Shown here in pieces: positions 1 to 13,511 of a stretch of 64,000 bases of DNA. Position numbers and translations under genes: made by a program. A model generated the notes under the pieces. It saw only the letters and a program-made list of their open reading frames with translations. It was not told the DNA's origin and made no database searches. Source of the DNA: Phoronis australis (lineage: Eukaryota > Animalia > Phoronida); contig NMRA01000222.1 in NCBI GenBank assembly GCA_002633005.1, positions 594,988 to 658,987 on the forward strand. Reading direction: 5' to 3'. Position 1 is the first letter of the stretch. Each line of letters begins with the position of its first letter.

Positions 1-119
1 AGCAGGTAACCCCGTGAAAAATGACCCCAGCTAAATTTTTCACATGTTCTAAATTTAGTGTGAAGAATTTTTAGCCCATGAAAAATGACCTCATGTACGT
101 AAAAACCAGTCAACGGTTC

Positions 120-472
120 CAGGGGCGGATCCAGAATTTTGATTTAGGGGAGAGGGCCCGGGCAGAGGATAACATGCGAGCACCCAGCCTAAAATATAGA
201 GGTGGGAACAAGAAGACGAGTCCTGAAAAACGGGGTTATAGGTTCAACCCCGTGCATTCGCGACGAATCTTCGGACTTTTTGTTTCTCTAAGGAGGGCCT
301 TTTTGCTCACTTCGTCAAATGGGGGACTCATTCGCCCCCCGAGCCCCCCCTCTCTGGGTGCGTGCATGTATTAGCCAGGATTTTGCCTATCGGACTTTCG
401 CACCCCCGAACTGCCAAATGGAATCTGGGAGAATTTTAGAGGGGTCTTGGCCACTCTCTAAATCCGCCACTG
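120..472. repeat. Nested short GC-rich MITE-like repeats
   Basis: caggggcggatccag...aaatccgccactg inverted ends; the inner segment ending ctgggtgcgtgcatg recurs near 36295-36380, 54738-54833 and inverted at 63947. Confidence 0.6.
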
Positions 473-949
473 GGTTCCTCCGCAAAAGGGGCTGGGATAA
501 GCAATTGGCGATTTTTCCACAAAGTGTTCGATGCGCGGATGTTTAGGTCTGGCCTGAGTAACGCACAGCAAGGGAAGTCTTGCTTTTTCAATACATGCCG
601 CTATTAGGGAGTGAAAGTACTGAACGGCGTGCAGACCAAGAATATGAGGTGGGGAAGCTGGGCTGAAGCGAAAACAATCACAATTCTCTAACAGTCCTTC
701 GTTCAGTTGCCAAACTTGGCAACTGGCCATTTTTACACTGCTCGTGCCAGGATATAATATCTGACTACTGAACTGCATGTAGACTAATCCAAAATAGTTG
801 GCACATGTTAAGAATCTTCTTATTGCAGCCAAGTTTTCTTACTATAAAAGTCAAATTTGGAACCGTGAGAACTGAGGCCAAGCTTGCGTGGGAGAAGAAT
901 TTATTTAAATTTCTCGGCAATACGTACATGTATTTCATGTTAAGAGCGG

Positions 950-1340
950 GGATGGATTGGAACGGTTCGAAATAATGTGTGGGAGCGGGGCTGATCTCCT
1001 AGTGAGCACACAATTACACGGTGTGGGGATATTACAAAACGCCGGCAAGTGCCTGGTGCTTGATCGGAGGTGACTTCAGATCCGTGAGAGAGGAATATTT
1101 GTCCGTTGGCAATCCCGAGTGATGCACCGGAGAGCAATTGAGATTGTGTTCTTTGCTTTTTTCATTACGGAGTTCTCCCACTTAGTCAAACTTGTTAGGT
1201 TATATATAGCACACGTTGGGAGGATGACCGCTTTAAATAGCCTATATCTTGCACCGACGAATGGTTCATTCTGGAAATTAGGGTTGGAGGGTCAGTTATC
1301 TTTTGTTCGATAGTTGCTCTAATCTCCAATATGATCATAT
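950..1340 (-). pseudogene. Possible degraded C-terminal fragment of a LINE RT protein
   Basis: Manual translation gives RYRLFKAVILPTCAIY...TKWE, resembling the post-RT region of LINEs; weak. Confidence 0.3.
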
Positions 1341-2359
1341 CTTATTGAATCACTGGGCTGTGGTGTTGAAAATAACTTAAGGTTATCTCTAACTTTATTT
1401 AGTGGCCCTATTTTAACTCGTATATCATAAAACTAAGCTTTGTAAGCTAGTAAAAGTACATATTTTCTGAAAGAAAAAAAGATTAGGGAATATTAGAATC
1501 CTTTTTGTAATAATGTACTATTATTAATTTTACGTAAAAACTTTTTAAGTCTAAATTTTATGTTTAAGAAAGGTACATTCATAGCAAAATAACCACTCGG
1601 TCAATTTTAATGAAACTATTTTTAAATGAAAACTTTACTAGTTACCTCAAAAACGATGTTAGGAATTTTCGTTTAGTGTTTTCGTTTGGTTTCTATAACA
1701 AATCAACTCACAAAACGTAAGGTATCTTTGTAAAAAAAGGAAGTCGTATTCGTCTTTGTTACATTACGCAAAAATAGGCCTTCATATCGAAAATCTCAAC
1801 ATCGTTTTTGAGACTGATGACTAAATATTAAATCTGGAAAGTTTCAGCGAAATCCACCGTGTTCCTAAGTTCAAATAAAGTCGATTTAACGAAGCCGAGA
1901 AAAACTGATTAAACTGGGACAAGTGTAAATCTCAAAGTCTTCGGATAATTATTCGGTGAAAACTTCTTTTCAGTACATATGACTTATACACGCCATAAAT
2001 ATGTTCGCTATTTCAACATTCACTCGCAATGTCAACTGATTTTGACCCGTAACTCGCTTAATTATCTTTAAAACGTACCATTCCCAGGCTAACTACTGTT
2101 GTTTGCGACATTTGAACTACTTTTATATGTAAAAAGGTCACAGTTCATTGTTATACACATATCCTGTGCACGTCTTGTGCTAAGCGACTGATACGATACC
2201 AAGTAAGTAATGGATAATACAAATCAAATCGGAGGTTAAAGCATGTCGTTAGCATGAGATCGAAACATTGAAATGTCAATTTATTAATTGAATGAAGAAA
2301 TTAGGGTGAGGGTTAATCTCTTTCCACAACTTGCTGTGTTCATGACCACAGGTGCCTGA

Positions 2360-3000
2360 GGCGACCGTAGCATTCGTTCTCAACGCCAATGGTCGTATGC
2401 ATGTAGACGCACAACTCTCTTAGGATCAAAACTACGTTTTGTGTTTGTTTTTCCCGGCAACATTCTACCATAAGTACACCTCGTTGACTCAATGTTATTG
2501 CGATTTTGTGAATGAGTGGACTGAGGGTATGCAAAGCTGTTCTGTACCTGGCAGGAAATTCGATTTGATTGAAAGCCCTTTAACCTTTGACCTCGGATAT
2601 GTAGTAAACAAATGTCCACGCGGTTGTGCCGTTCCATGGTGGTTCTGTTAAATCTTTTTTTCTCGTTACGCAGTATATATTTTGTATGTGAAGTTCGCCG
2701 AGAATGAAGATAAGGTATTTTGCTAGACGCATTTGAAATATTGTAAAAATGGCCCTGTTTTGTGAATAAGGTTGGACATAACCTTAAGTTATAAAATGTT
2801 TGAATATACAGTAAACCAATGACATTTCTGAATTCCCCATCAAATATTGGTCATACTTAAAGCTTTTGAATCACCAAAATCGCCCAACTGTTCAATCGAA
2901 GTTAAGACTATCAAACTCTCAAACCGCTGCCAGTGTACGTCTGGTAAAGTCACGGAACGGGAGAACGCCCTAATGAACTTTAAAAACCTTTCATTTATCT
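2360..3000. repeat. Dispersed repeat with copies at about 59545-59910 (direct) and 41200-41545 (inverted)
   Basis: Shared blocks such as tacctggc.gga.attcgatttga, ttttgtgaataaggtt and gaacgggagaacgccctaatgaactttaaaaac. Confidence 0.75.
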
Positions 3001-3351
3001 ATATGACTCCAATGTCAATTGTCATATAGTGTTTGATTTTACTTTATTTCTGTTTCTGTTTCTGTTGACGAAGGACATTATTATATCCGAAAATTTCAGT
3101 TGCTCCGTTCTTGTTGTTTTATTTACCTATTTAAATTGTTCAAAACGGAATGTTATAAGCAATTTCCGCGGGCACGCTCGCAGATTTCTGACGGGTAACT
3201 TGGGCGAGAATTTGGGTACACTCGTTCGACATTTCCACGGTCAACCCAATGGTAGCCTTCTGAACCTGAACCATCCAATGTCGGATCATCACTGTGGAGT
3301 CTGGATAGACAGTCACTGGTATATTCTTAACGTGATGAAAGGAATCATGAG

Positions 3352-3826
3352 GTTAAAATCTGGCAGATAAATCTGCACCGTGCCAACAACCCATCAGTGC
3401 TTCTGCAGCAGACGCTTGAGCGCAATACCCTATTCATGGCCTTCGTACAAGAGCCGTGCTGTCGGGGAAGCGCGATGATGAACACTCCTAGGAATGCCAA
3501 ATCTTATATTGCTTCACTGGGTAACAACATCAAGCCCAGGGCGCGATTCTGGTATCATAACCTCAAGAATCCTTCCTGAGTTTTGTGACAGGGACACTGT
3601 GACAGTGTCCTGTGATACACTAAGACCAAATGGTCTAATATGCACAGTATGGTGGGTCTCAGCCTATATGCCATGGGACTCCGCCGAGAACCCACCCCTA
3701 CCTAAACTGCAACAAATCACCAATCACTGCAGAGACAAGAATATCCCTTTGGTTATCTGTTGTGATGCCAATTCACATCACGAGGTGTGGTACAGCACTG
3801 ACACCAACCCAAGAGGTGAGGCACTT
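3352..3826 (+). pseudogene. LINE ORF2 apurinic endonuclease, N-terminal part (frameshifted)
   Basis: VKIWQINLHRA, FVQEP, VSAYMP, ICCDANSHH..W, NPRGEAL; continues as LEFI after the Gypsy insertion. Confidence 0.88.
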
Positions 3827-3828
3827 AG

Positions 3829-4088
3829 TGTTGTGTACTTAGTCACACAATAACCGGATGTTTGTAGGTTGTTATTGTTTATGAGTTTAGTAGTTTAATT
3901 GGTATTATGTCATGCGATTCCTAGTACAGGAAGTGTGTCATAGGTAACGCATCATATGTTGTTATGTAGTTGTGTGTATATGTTATGATATGTAGAATAA
4001 ATCAGTTCAGTGTTCAATTCAATTCTGTTCGTTTCACTGCGTAGTTCATGGAGTGTCTATTTTATTTGACAAAGTAAGATACACAACA
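3829..4088 (+). repeat. 5' LTR (260 bp)
   Basis: tgttgtg...cacaaca terminal inverted repeat; near-identical to 8280-8544; contains aataaa. Confidence 0.95.
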
Positions 4089-4089
4089 G

Positions 4090-4099
4090 TGGCGACGAG
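4090..4099 (+). promoter_or_regulatory. Primer binding site, complementary to the tRNA-Ser(GCU) 3' end
   Basis: tggcgacgag 1 nt after the LTR; metazoan tRNA-Ser(GCU) ends CUCGUCGCCA; gag ATG follows at 4100. Confidence 0.8.
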
Positions 4100-7000
4100 A
4101 TGACTGCGAGCTCACAAAGTTACCTGCCCCCGTTTTCCAGTGAATATGATGGTAGCGAGGAGTGGGAATGCTACTTGGAAAGATTTGAACTGTTTCTACA
4201 AGCGAATGAGGAATCAGATTTCACGAAGAAGCAAGTGGCAGCAATGTTCTTGCATTCCATTGGCAAGAAGTACATGTATTATGGAATTGTACGGGATCTG
4301 GTCAGCCCAGCCAAACCCAACCAGAAAACATACGTAGAGTTAAAGGAAACTCTGACGAAACACTTGGCAGGACCACGACTGACAAATGCGGAAAGGAGAA
4401 AGTTTATCAAACGAGACCAAAATAGAGGTGAGTCGATTACGGACTATGTAGTCGCGCTCAAACACCTCAGTGTTACCTGCAAGTTTGGTGATAAACTGGA
4501 CGAGCAATTGAGGGACAGACAAAATAGCGGAATTGATAATGAGCAGACTTCGCTAAAGTTGCTTGAGAAGTCAAGGGAAAAAGAACTGACGTTCAATGAG
4601 GCTGTCGAGTTCGCCTTAGCCAGAGAAAATACTTTCATGAAAAAAAAAACCATGAAAGATGAAATAGCTTCCACTGACGTAAAGGTGATAAAGGCCAAAA
4701 GGAAAAATTGGGATCAGAAAAGCCGGCGAGTTGACAATCCAAAGTCAAGACCAAAGGGGAAAACCAGTACAGAGTGTTACAGATGTGCCAAGCCCTCACA
4801 CCATCCGGATGAATGTTGCTTCAAGAAGTCAACGTGTCACAAGTGTAAGAAAAAGGGGCACATTAAAGTTGCGTGTGGGAGACAGCCTAGCACGAGACGT
4901 ATACTCCAAGCTGGAGGCGACCCAAACGACAGCGAGGACAGCGATACAGCATATAGCGTAAATAACACGGGAACAGATGACGCTATCTACGTGACACTAA
5001 ATGTTGGTGGTCATTATGTAGAGATGGAAATGGACACTGGCAGCCATGACTCCATCATACCATATGATTTGTATGTAAGTATGTTTGAAAAGGAAAGTGA
5101 ATTGAAGACATCTGAGCGAGTGTATACAAGTTTCACTGGTGAGATTGTTAAACCTGTAGGTAAGTTTCTTGTAAATGTCCAGTACGAAAATCAGTCCTGT
5201 GATCTGTGGTTGCAAGTTGTCAAGCAGTGTAAACATAATTTACTAGGCAGGTCATGGTTAACTCATCTGAAACTCAATTGGGGTGACTTACTGTCTAATA
5301 GGAAGCATGTGCTGTCTGTCAACAGAGTTCATTCACTTGAGTTAGTGTTAAACAAACATAGTGATTTGTTTGAAAACAAATTAGGCACTTTGAAGAATAT
5401 TAAGGCCGATGTTCAGTTGAAGGAAGGGAGCATGCCTGTAAGAAGTAAACCGTATAGGGTGCCATTTGCGGTCAAACCGAAAGTTGATGAACTAGATAGA
5501 CTAGTTAAATGTGGCGTTCTTACACCTGTTGAACATAGTGATTGGAGCACAAGCATTGTCACTGTTCAGAAATCTGATGGTTCTGTGAGAATATGTGGAA
5601 ATTACAAAACTACTGTAAATCCGAATCTTAAACCAGTGGCACCGCCCAATATCAATATTGAGGAAATTTGGCTAATTTAAGAGGAGGGGTCAGTTTTTCG
5701 AAATTGGATCTAGCTCATGCGTACAATCAAATGGAGCTTACTGACGAATCAAAAAATATTTGACAACTGCTACACACAAAGGGTTGTTCACTCAGGATCG
5801 TCTTGTTTTCGGAATCACTAGTGCACCCTCTCCATGGCAAAATGCAGTTGAACAAGTGTTACAAGGCTTGTCAGGAGTACAAGTTTACCTGGATGACATA
5901 TTGGTTACAGGTAAGTCTTACAAAGAGCATTTGAAAATTTAGACAAAGTTCTAGATCGATTGAAAGAATATGGATTGAGATTGAGAAAATCCAAATGTGA
6001 AGTCATGAAAGACTCAGTAGAGTATTTGGGTCACGTTATTGACAAAACTGGAGCTCATAAATCTAAGAAAAAGGTCGATTTGATTATGAACATGCCATTA
6101 CCAAAAGATGTGTCTGGACTAAGAAGTTATTTGGGTCTTCTAAATTACTACAGACGCTACATAAGAGATATGTTCACAGTTATTGCGCCTTTGACTGCTA
6201 TGTTGCAGAAATCCCCTAAGTTTGAGTGGACAGCCAAAGCTAAAAAAGCTTTCCAAAAGTCAAAAAATGCATTGAAAGAATCTGGATTCCTGGTTCATTT
6301 TAACCCAGAATTAGCAGTAACCGTTGCAACAGATGCATCTCCTGAAGGTGTAGGCGCGGTATTGTCGCACATTGTATATGGTGAAGAAAGACCTATTCAA
6401 TTTGCTTCACGTAGTCTAAGTAAAACAGAAAGGAAATACCCTCAAATTGAAAGAGAAGCATTGGCGATAATCTTTGCTATGAAACGGTTTTATCCGTATT
6501 TGTATGATCGGAAATTTACACTGATTAGTGACAACAAAACACCTGTTGCAGATTTTGGTCCAAAAACCGACTTACCTATTTTAGCAGCAGAAAGAATGCA
6601 AAGATGGGCAATGTATTTGCCTGGATTCAACTACGATATCAAATTTCGTAATAGCAAATCCAACGCCAACGCAAACTGTTTATCTAGATTACCAGCTGAA
6701 GAATGTCAACAAGCTGGAAATGAATATGAGCCAACTTATGCTCAGGTATTCCATGTTGATATTTTGCCTGTGGAAAATAACCTTATAAAACGGGAAACGC
6801 CGAATGAACCTGGTTTATCAAGAGTTATGAGGTATACCATTGATGGTTGGCCAAAGAAATTGTCAGAAACTCATGAAGTATTGAAGCCTTTTTTCGACAG
6901 GAAAAATGAGCTTACAATAGAAAATGGATGTTTATTTTGGGGATTAAGAGTAATAATACCGCCAAAATGTAGAAATAAGGTGTTAAATGAATTGCATTTT

Positions 7001-8193
7001 GGGCATATTGGGGCTGTGAAAATGAAAGCTGTTGCTCGTTCATATGTATGGTGGCCAAACTTGGACAAATCCATAGAGCAAACTGCAAGAAAATTGCGAG
7101 TCTTGTCAACTCATCCGAAACAATTCAACTCAAGCACCATTACAAGCATGGATACCAAGTTCTCAACCATGGGAGCGTATCCATATAGATTTTGCAGGAT
7201 CCTACGAAAACAAAATGTTTTTCATAGTGGTAGATGCATTTTCTAAATGGCCAGAGGTTTTCATCATGAAGCGAACTACAAGTTGGAAAACGATCAGTAT
7301 TCTCAATTCATTGTTTAGTAGATATAGATTTCCAAAGATCTTAGTTTCGGACAATGGTCCACAGTTCACTTCCGGTGAATTTAAGAGATTTGTAAGTGAA
7401 AAAGGGATTAATCATAAATTAAATCCACCATTTCATCCATCTACTAATGGTCAAGCTGAAAGATTTGTACAATCATTAAAACAAGGCTTGAAAGCTGCAA
7501 AACCTGAAAGCGGTTCGATTCAAAACAAACTGGATATTTTTTGTTAGCATGTCGAAATGCGCCGCACAGTACCACAAATGAAACACCAGCAATGCTGTTC
7601 ATGAAGAGACGTCTAAGAAATCGTTTAGATTTGGTGAAACCTGATTTCCAAAATCAAATGTCAGAGAAATTGCACAAAATCATGGAAAACAAAAGTAGAG
7701 GTTCTCATGTGAGAGTCTTTAATGTTGGTGATAATGTACTTGTGAGAAATTACATTGGTAAAGAGAAGTGGATACCAGGTGTTATTACATGTCAACTGGT
7801 TCCCTGATATATGAGGTACAGGTTAACAGTGGAGTGTGGAAAAGACATGTTGATCAATTATTGCATAGAAGTTTCAAATCTGATGATGGTGAATCAGCTG
7901 ATTGTGAAAGTGTCAAGCCTGACCATGTTGTTATTCCAACTGTCAATGATGAAGTGTTTCCAGATGTTAGTCTTGAAGAGTCTAACCATAACAGTGACGT
8001 ACCAGTAATTGAAAGTGACACTTGTAGTAAACAATTGGTGTCTGGAAATGATGACAGAGAATTTGTTGACAGTGAAATGAGTCAATCGGAAGAGAGAGTT
8101 GTTGAATCAGATGTTACTGAGAAACCTAATGTTGAATTAAGAAGATCAACAAGGAATAGAAAACAACCTGTTAGATTTGGATATGATGACTAA
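4100..8193 (+). pseudogene. Gypsy gag-pol (frameshifted)
   Basis: Two CCHC knuckles (CYRCAKPSHHPDEC, CHKCKKKGHIKVAC), protease DTGS, RT YLDD, RNase H TDAS, integrase VSDNGPQF and NGQAER; broken into several ORFs. Confidence 0.95.
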
Positions 8194-8267
8194 TATGTTA
8201 GTGTGCATGTAATTGATATAGTGAACTTGATTAGTTTATTTTCTTAACAAGAGCCTACTTTATATTT

Positions 8268-8279
8268 AGTGAGGGAGAG
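8268..8279 (+). promoter_or_regulatory. Polypurine tract
   Basis: agtgagggagag immediately before the 3' LTR. Confidence 0.85.
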
Positions 8280-8544
8280 TGTTGTGTACTTAGTCACACA
8301 ATAACAGGATGTTTGTAGGTTGTTATTGTTTATGAGTTTAGTAGTTTAATTGGTATTATGTCATGCGATTCCTAGTACAGGAAGTGTGTCATAGGTAACG
8401 CATCATATGTTGTTATGTAGTTGAGTGTATATATATTGTTGTGATATATAGAATAAATCAGTTCAGTGTTCAGTTCAATTCTGTTCGTTTCACTGCGTAG
8501 TTCATGGAGTGTCTAATTTATTTGACAAAGTAAGATACACAACA
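8280..8544 (+). repeat. 3' LTR (265 bp)
   Basis: Differs from the 5' LTR by a few substitutions and an indel in the TA-rich middle. Confidence 0.95.
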
Positions 8545-8547
8545 CTT

Positions 8548-11500
8548 CTAGAGTTCATTAATATGCAACAAGGGCCATGAGTCCACATTTGTTGTCAGAA
8601 ACCGGCAGGAGGTTATAGACCATACTCTGGTTAATTTGCCTGCTGTTGATGTGGTAACTAATTGGAGAGTGGATTCTGCACCTTCTTTATTTAACCACAG
8701 ATACATCAGGTTTGAAGTGGCGACTTTCGTTGTTCCACTATTTACTGAGTATAGGAACACCAATAAGGTGAACTGGGAACTCTATCGTTCAAAGGTTTCC
8801 AAACTCCTTTCTACTCTAGAAACAACAAATACTGCATCAGGACTCGTTCTGATGTTAACAAATTGCCAGATGACATTAACAATGCCCTGGCCAAGTCACT
8901 AGATACATGTATATCCTGTCCCAAACGCTGTATTAAGGTCACTGGGAAACCAAAATAACAGATTTGGTGGACCAAAGAACTGGCAGCACTTCAGGGTAAG
9001 GCAAGTAAAGCTCACAGAGCGGCAATTCGGACTGATACTGACGAGTGCTGGGATGCATATCATCTTGCCTATCGTATGTTTCAGTCTGCCACACGCAAAG
9101 CAAAGCGCAATTCCTGGAGGAATTTCTGTCAGCAATTTAACAGCCTCTCTGCATCTGCAAGGCTGATGCAATTGCTTAAGAAGAATCACTCCTCCGGACT
9201 CGAGGTCATTCAAACAGAGGATGGCTCATACACACGCACCGCCGAGGAAACACTCGAAGTCATGATGGGTAAGCACTATCCTGATAGTGTAAACCTGTCG
9301 AACCAATATTCAAAAGTGACGGACTCCGAGGAGTGTGAACTATTACATGTAGCTTATGCTGATGTCGAAAACATAGCCACACCACATTTCGTGGAGTTAG
9401 CTCTGAAGTCTTTTAAACCATGGAAGTCCCCAAGACTAGACATGATATATCCTATAATGTTGCAAGAAGCTGGGATACCACTATTCCAAATACTCACAGC
9501 AACTTACAAAGCCAGTCTTAGACTAGGTTATATCTCCAAAACTTGGACTGAAGCTAGAGTAGTCTTCATTCCTTAACCATGGAAGAACTCAATACCTTTT
9601 GGCTGAATCATTTAGGCCTATAACCTTAACATCCTTTCTTCTCAAAGGACTGGAAAGGCTCATTCTGTGGCATCTTGATAAACAAGGAAAACAGAACAAA
9701 CTACAGAACAATCAGTATGCTTATAGGACTGGCTTCTCTACAGAGACCGCTCTACATCATCTGGTTGCTAGACTGGAAAGGGCTGTTTTTAATAAACAAT
9801 TTGCCCTCTGTGCCTTCATTGATTTTGTTGGTTTTCAGCAATATTAACCATGATGCGATCCGAATTGCACTGAACCACTTTAAAATGAATAGATGTCTTA
9901 CTAGGTGGACCATTAACATGCTTGGAAGTCAATCTGTGACTGCTTGTCTAGACAATGTGAAAGTGGCGGTTCGCATCACCAGAGGAACACTTCAGGGTGG
10001 CGCTGCCTCACCCACCCTCTTAAACATGGTTTTAGATGGTTTGCTTTGACAATTATCTACTGACATGGGTCCAGGCTTGTATGATAAAGCATATGCAGAT
10101 GATATTGTTCTCAGTGTGTCTAGCATCGATCCTGACACATGTCGCTATCTTGCTCAAAGAGCACTGAATACAACAGCCACATGGGCTAAGTCAGTTGGCT
10201 TAGAAATTAGTGGTAGCAAAACAAAAGTGATTATGTTTACTTGGAAGCTTAAATGGTCAATGCGGCCTTTAACGCTGAATGGTAAACATCTTGATCTTGT
10301 AGACAAGGCGACTTAATTTGGTGTCATTTTACACCATCGTCTTTCCTGGACCCCGCATATTACAGAAAAAATCTCAAAAGCCAAATCTGCATTGGTGAGT
10401 TGCAGTCGTGCGGTGGGTAAAACTTGGGGAATGTCCCCCAATAATATGTTCTGGATTTATACTGCTGTTATCCGACCTATAATGTCCTATGCTTCGTCGT
10501 TATGGGTAACGGCATTAAAACAGATTACAATTATCAACAAACTTAGGCAGCTGCAACGTCTAGCTTGTCTGCGCATAACCTCTGCTTTTCCAGGAACGCG
10601 TTCTGCAGCCCTAAAATGCTAATCGGTCTACCACCACAGAACATATACCTTGAGGGTGAAGCTGCATGTGCATGTGCATGTCAGTGGGTGAAAACTAACA
10701 TCCCTGACTCCGTTGCACACGAAAGCCACAGGAATGTTTGCAATAAGCTAATGGCCAAGACTGGGCAACTATGGAACATGCCTAGTGATGTCCAGGTCAC
10801 AGCTTTAAGTCATACAAACAATTTCTTCATGGAAATTGGCGATGGATGGCCTACCGCAGAACACAAGAATGAGATGGTTTGTTATACGGACGGCTCTAAA
10901 CTGGAAAATGGCCAGACAGGTGCTGGGGTCTACTTTCCAAGCCTTCCTGTTGCAGATGCAGCAAACTGGGTATCGTTAGGCAATCTTGCCACGGTGTTTC
11001 AGGCTGAGATCACTGCAATTAATAGAGTTGCTCAACTGGCGCAACAATATAACACTGAACTTGGCAATCGGCCAATTACCATCTTTTCAGATAGCCAGGC
11101 AGCAATAAAAGCCCTAAAGAAACTAAGGGTTAACTCTCGTTGTGTTAATGCTTGTATTAATGAGCTTAACAAGCTTGCAATTGAAAGAACCGTCAATATA
11201 CGCTGGGTCAGGGCCCATGTGGGAATTGATGGCAATGAGAATGCAGACAGACTCGCAAAGATAGGAGCACGCGTTCTGCCTTTTGTGCCTGAACCTGCTA
11301 TCCCGGTATCTTACGGATGTTGCAGGATGAGTATACATAACTGGGTACATACACAGTCAGCATCCCAGTGGGCATCACTTAACTCCTGCAGAGAGACCAA
11401 GGAGAATTTTCCCAACCTGATCGAACAAAAAGGTTCTAAAAGCCTTCTGAGTCTAGATACATGTAGATTGGGTATAATTTTAACGGGCCACTGCAACTTA

Positions 11501-11737
11501 GCCCGACACAGACACATTACTGGGCATATGGAGAGCCCTGTGTGTCCTGAGTGTGGTACTGACGTAGAATCTCACCTGGTAGAGTCTTGCCCAGCTTTTT
11601 ATAGGCTAAGGAGCAACCTACTGGATGGCACTGTTACATGCCTACAACATATAGTGCATGGCAACAAATGGAAACGTCTGTCCGTTTTCCAAAAGGAGAC
11701 TGGCAGACTTGAAAACTTTCTTCACGAGGAGCCATAA
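8548..11737 (+). pseudogene. LINE ORF2 remainder: APE end, reverse transcriptase, RNase H, CCHC (multiple stops and frameshifts)
   Basis: FNHRYIRF, KSPRLDMI, FRPITLTSFLLKGLER, RGTLQGG, AYADD, YTDGSK, FQAE, SDSQAA, WVRAHVGIDGNENAD, CPECG...HLVESC. Confidence 0.92.
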
Positions 11738-13511
11738 TTGGGGTCTCGTGTCTTTGCTCATGTGTTTTGTGCAATAGGTCCAACCATGAGGCCTGCGCAC
11801 GTCTGATGCACCACAAATGACATCAGACCACCTGCACTGTTTTTTTAATGGTAGCAGTGTTTTCCACATGTGGGAAATCCTTACAAACAACCCATAGTAA
11901 CCATCTTCAAAAGAGATACTGGGAAACAGTAACATGATTTTATAACTAACCATCGCAACTAGTCCTTTTGTGTAATTAACAACCAGCGGTTTTCATGTTC
12001 TTTAAAATTCCTGACTCACTTTCGATGGCGGTCAACCTTATTGTATTTTGTCACATTTTTGGTTGTTAGGGTCGAATGTTTTGATACTGCTGTGCTGTGC
12101 ACGAATGTTTTATGCTTTTGTGATAAATTTGGAATCAAAACTTCCCCCGTGAATACATGTCAGTATCGGATTTACGTGTATAGAGGGACACGAATGGGAC
12201 ATTTCTCGGAACTGCTCCACCGAGACAGGGTCCCGTTTGAATTGGGGCACTTTAATTATGAAAAGCTAAACATCATTAAGCTTGGAATAGAGTGAAAGTT
12301 CATTCCACCGTCGTGTGTTCAGACGAAGTGACTTTCTTCAACATGAAAGTTGGCTGCAAGTTTTCTCAAAAAACAGGAAAACAGACGTAATCGAGTCCAA
12401 CATTGGGTTTTCTCTCCGTGAGCGTACCTTTAAGAATTTGTCAATAGAAACATAAAAACTGTGGCCACTTGAATGTCAACAGCGGCCTCCTTCAGAAGGG
12501 GTCCCTCTCTGTGAAAATATATATATTTTCAAAAAATGTGCAGCAAATAATGATATCTGTCATCAATTTCCTTGAGACTTATTTCAGGTAGACAAAAAGC
12601 GTTTAACATACTACATTTCTATTTGGAGATGTCACTGATTATAGATCGAATTTTTCCGGTGTCTGCTTGCAACTAAGTTCAATGAAGCATTTTCATTTCT
12701 ACAAGATGAGCTTCTGATTGTCAAAAAATCATCTGTCAATCAGTTTACTTTCATAGATACATAAACATGTAAATCAGAAACCAACAATCAAATCCATGAG
12801 CAATGCGTATACCTTGATTTAATGACTTAATTCTCTTTTGATCCCCTGTTGGTGAGTTTAAACAACATAACTTGTACAGAAGTCAAAAAGTAAATGTATT
12901 TATTGTAAATGAATTGTGAGTAAAGTTAAGGGAAGTTTCCAAATTTCTTTGAGAGTTATTTTAGATAGGCAAAAAGTGTCCAGGTGCACTTTACTATTTG
13001 GCTATCTGATTATAGAGTTTTTCCATATCCAGGCTTCAACTAATTCCCTCAGTCGTCACCATTTCTTAAAAGACTAGCCTTTAATTGCTAAATATCCTCT
13101 ATTAACCTGTCGGTCTTCGTAGATACATAACCATGTAAATCAGAAACCAACGAATATGTTAATCAAAACGGAAATCAATGTTATAAGCAATATCAGCATC
13201 CATGCTTGCAGATTTTTGGCGGGTAACCCAGGGAAAATAGGAGATTGGGTATTCACCGTGAGGTGTATTTTTGCACATTACAGAGGTGTACAATGTACCT
13301 ATAACGGTTCACGAGTTTAAATTGACTCCCCCCAAAATGTTGAAATATTTGTTTATTATTTTGAGTATTTGAGTACGCTCGTTCGCCCCAATTGTAGCCT
13401 CTACAGCAGTGTTTTCCACATGTGAGAAGTCCTTACAAACAACTCATAGTAACCACTTTCAAAAGAGATACTATTATTGTGATACTATCGGAAGCAGTAA
13501 CATTATTTTTT

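Larger units (their letters stand above)
3829..8544 (+). mobile_element. Full-length but decayed Ty3/Gypsy LTR retrotransposon (Mag-like)
   Basis: Two TG...CA LTRs, PBS, PPT and a single gag-pol region in PR-RT-RH-IN order. Confidence 0.95.
3257..11846 (+). mobile_element. 5'-truncated non-LTR retrotransposon with RNase H (LOA/Lian-Aa1-like, I group), interrupted by a Gypsy element
   Basis: APE, RT, RNase H and CCHC remnants in order; 9-bp TSD aatggtagc at 3248-3256 and 11847-11855; ends in a run of Ts. Confidence 0.9.

Noticed and set aside
11795-11840. Hammerhead ribozyme suggested by ctgatg in the LINE 3' UTR
   Set aside because: No CUGAUGA plus GAAA core; ctgatg is paired in a simple stem.
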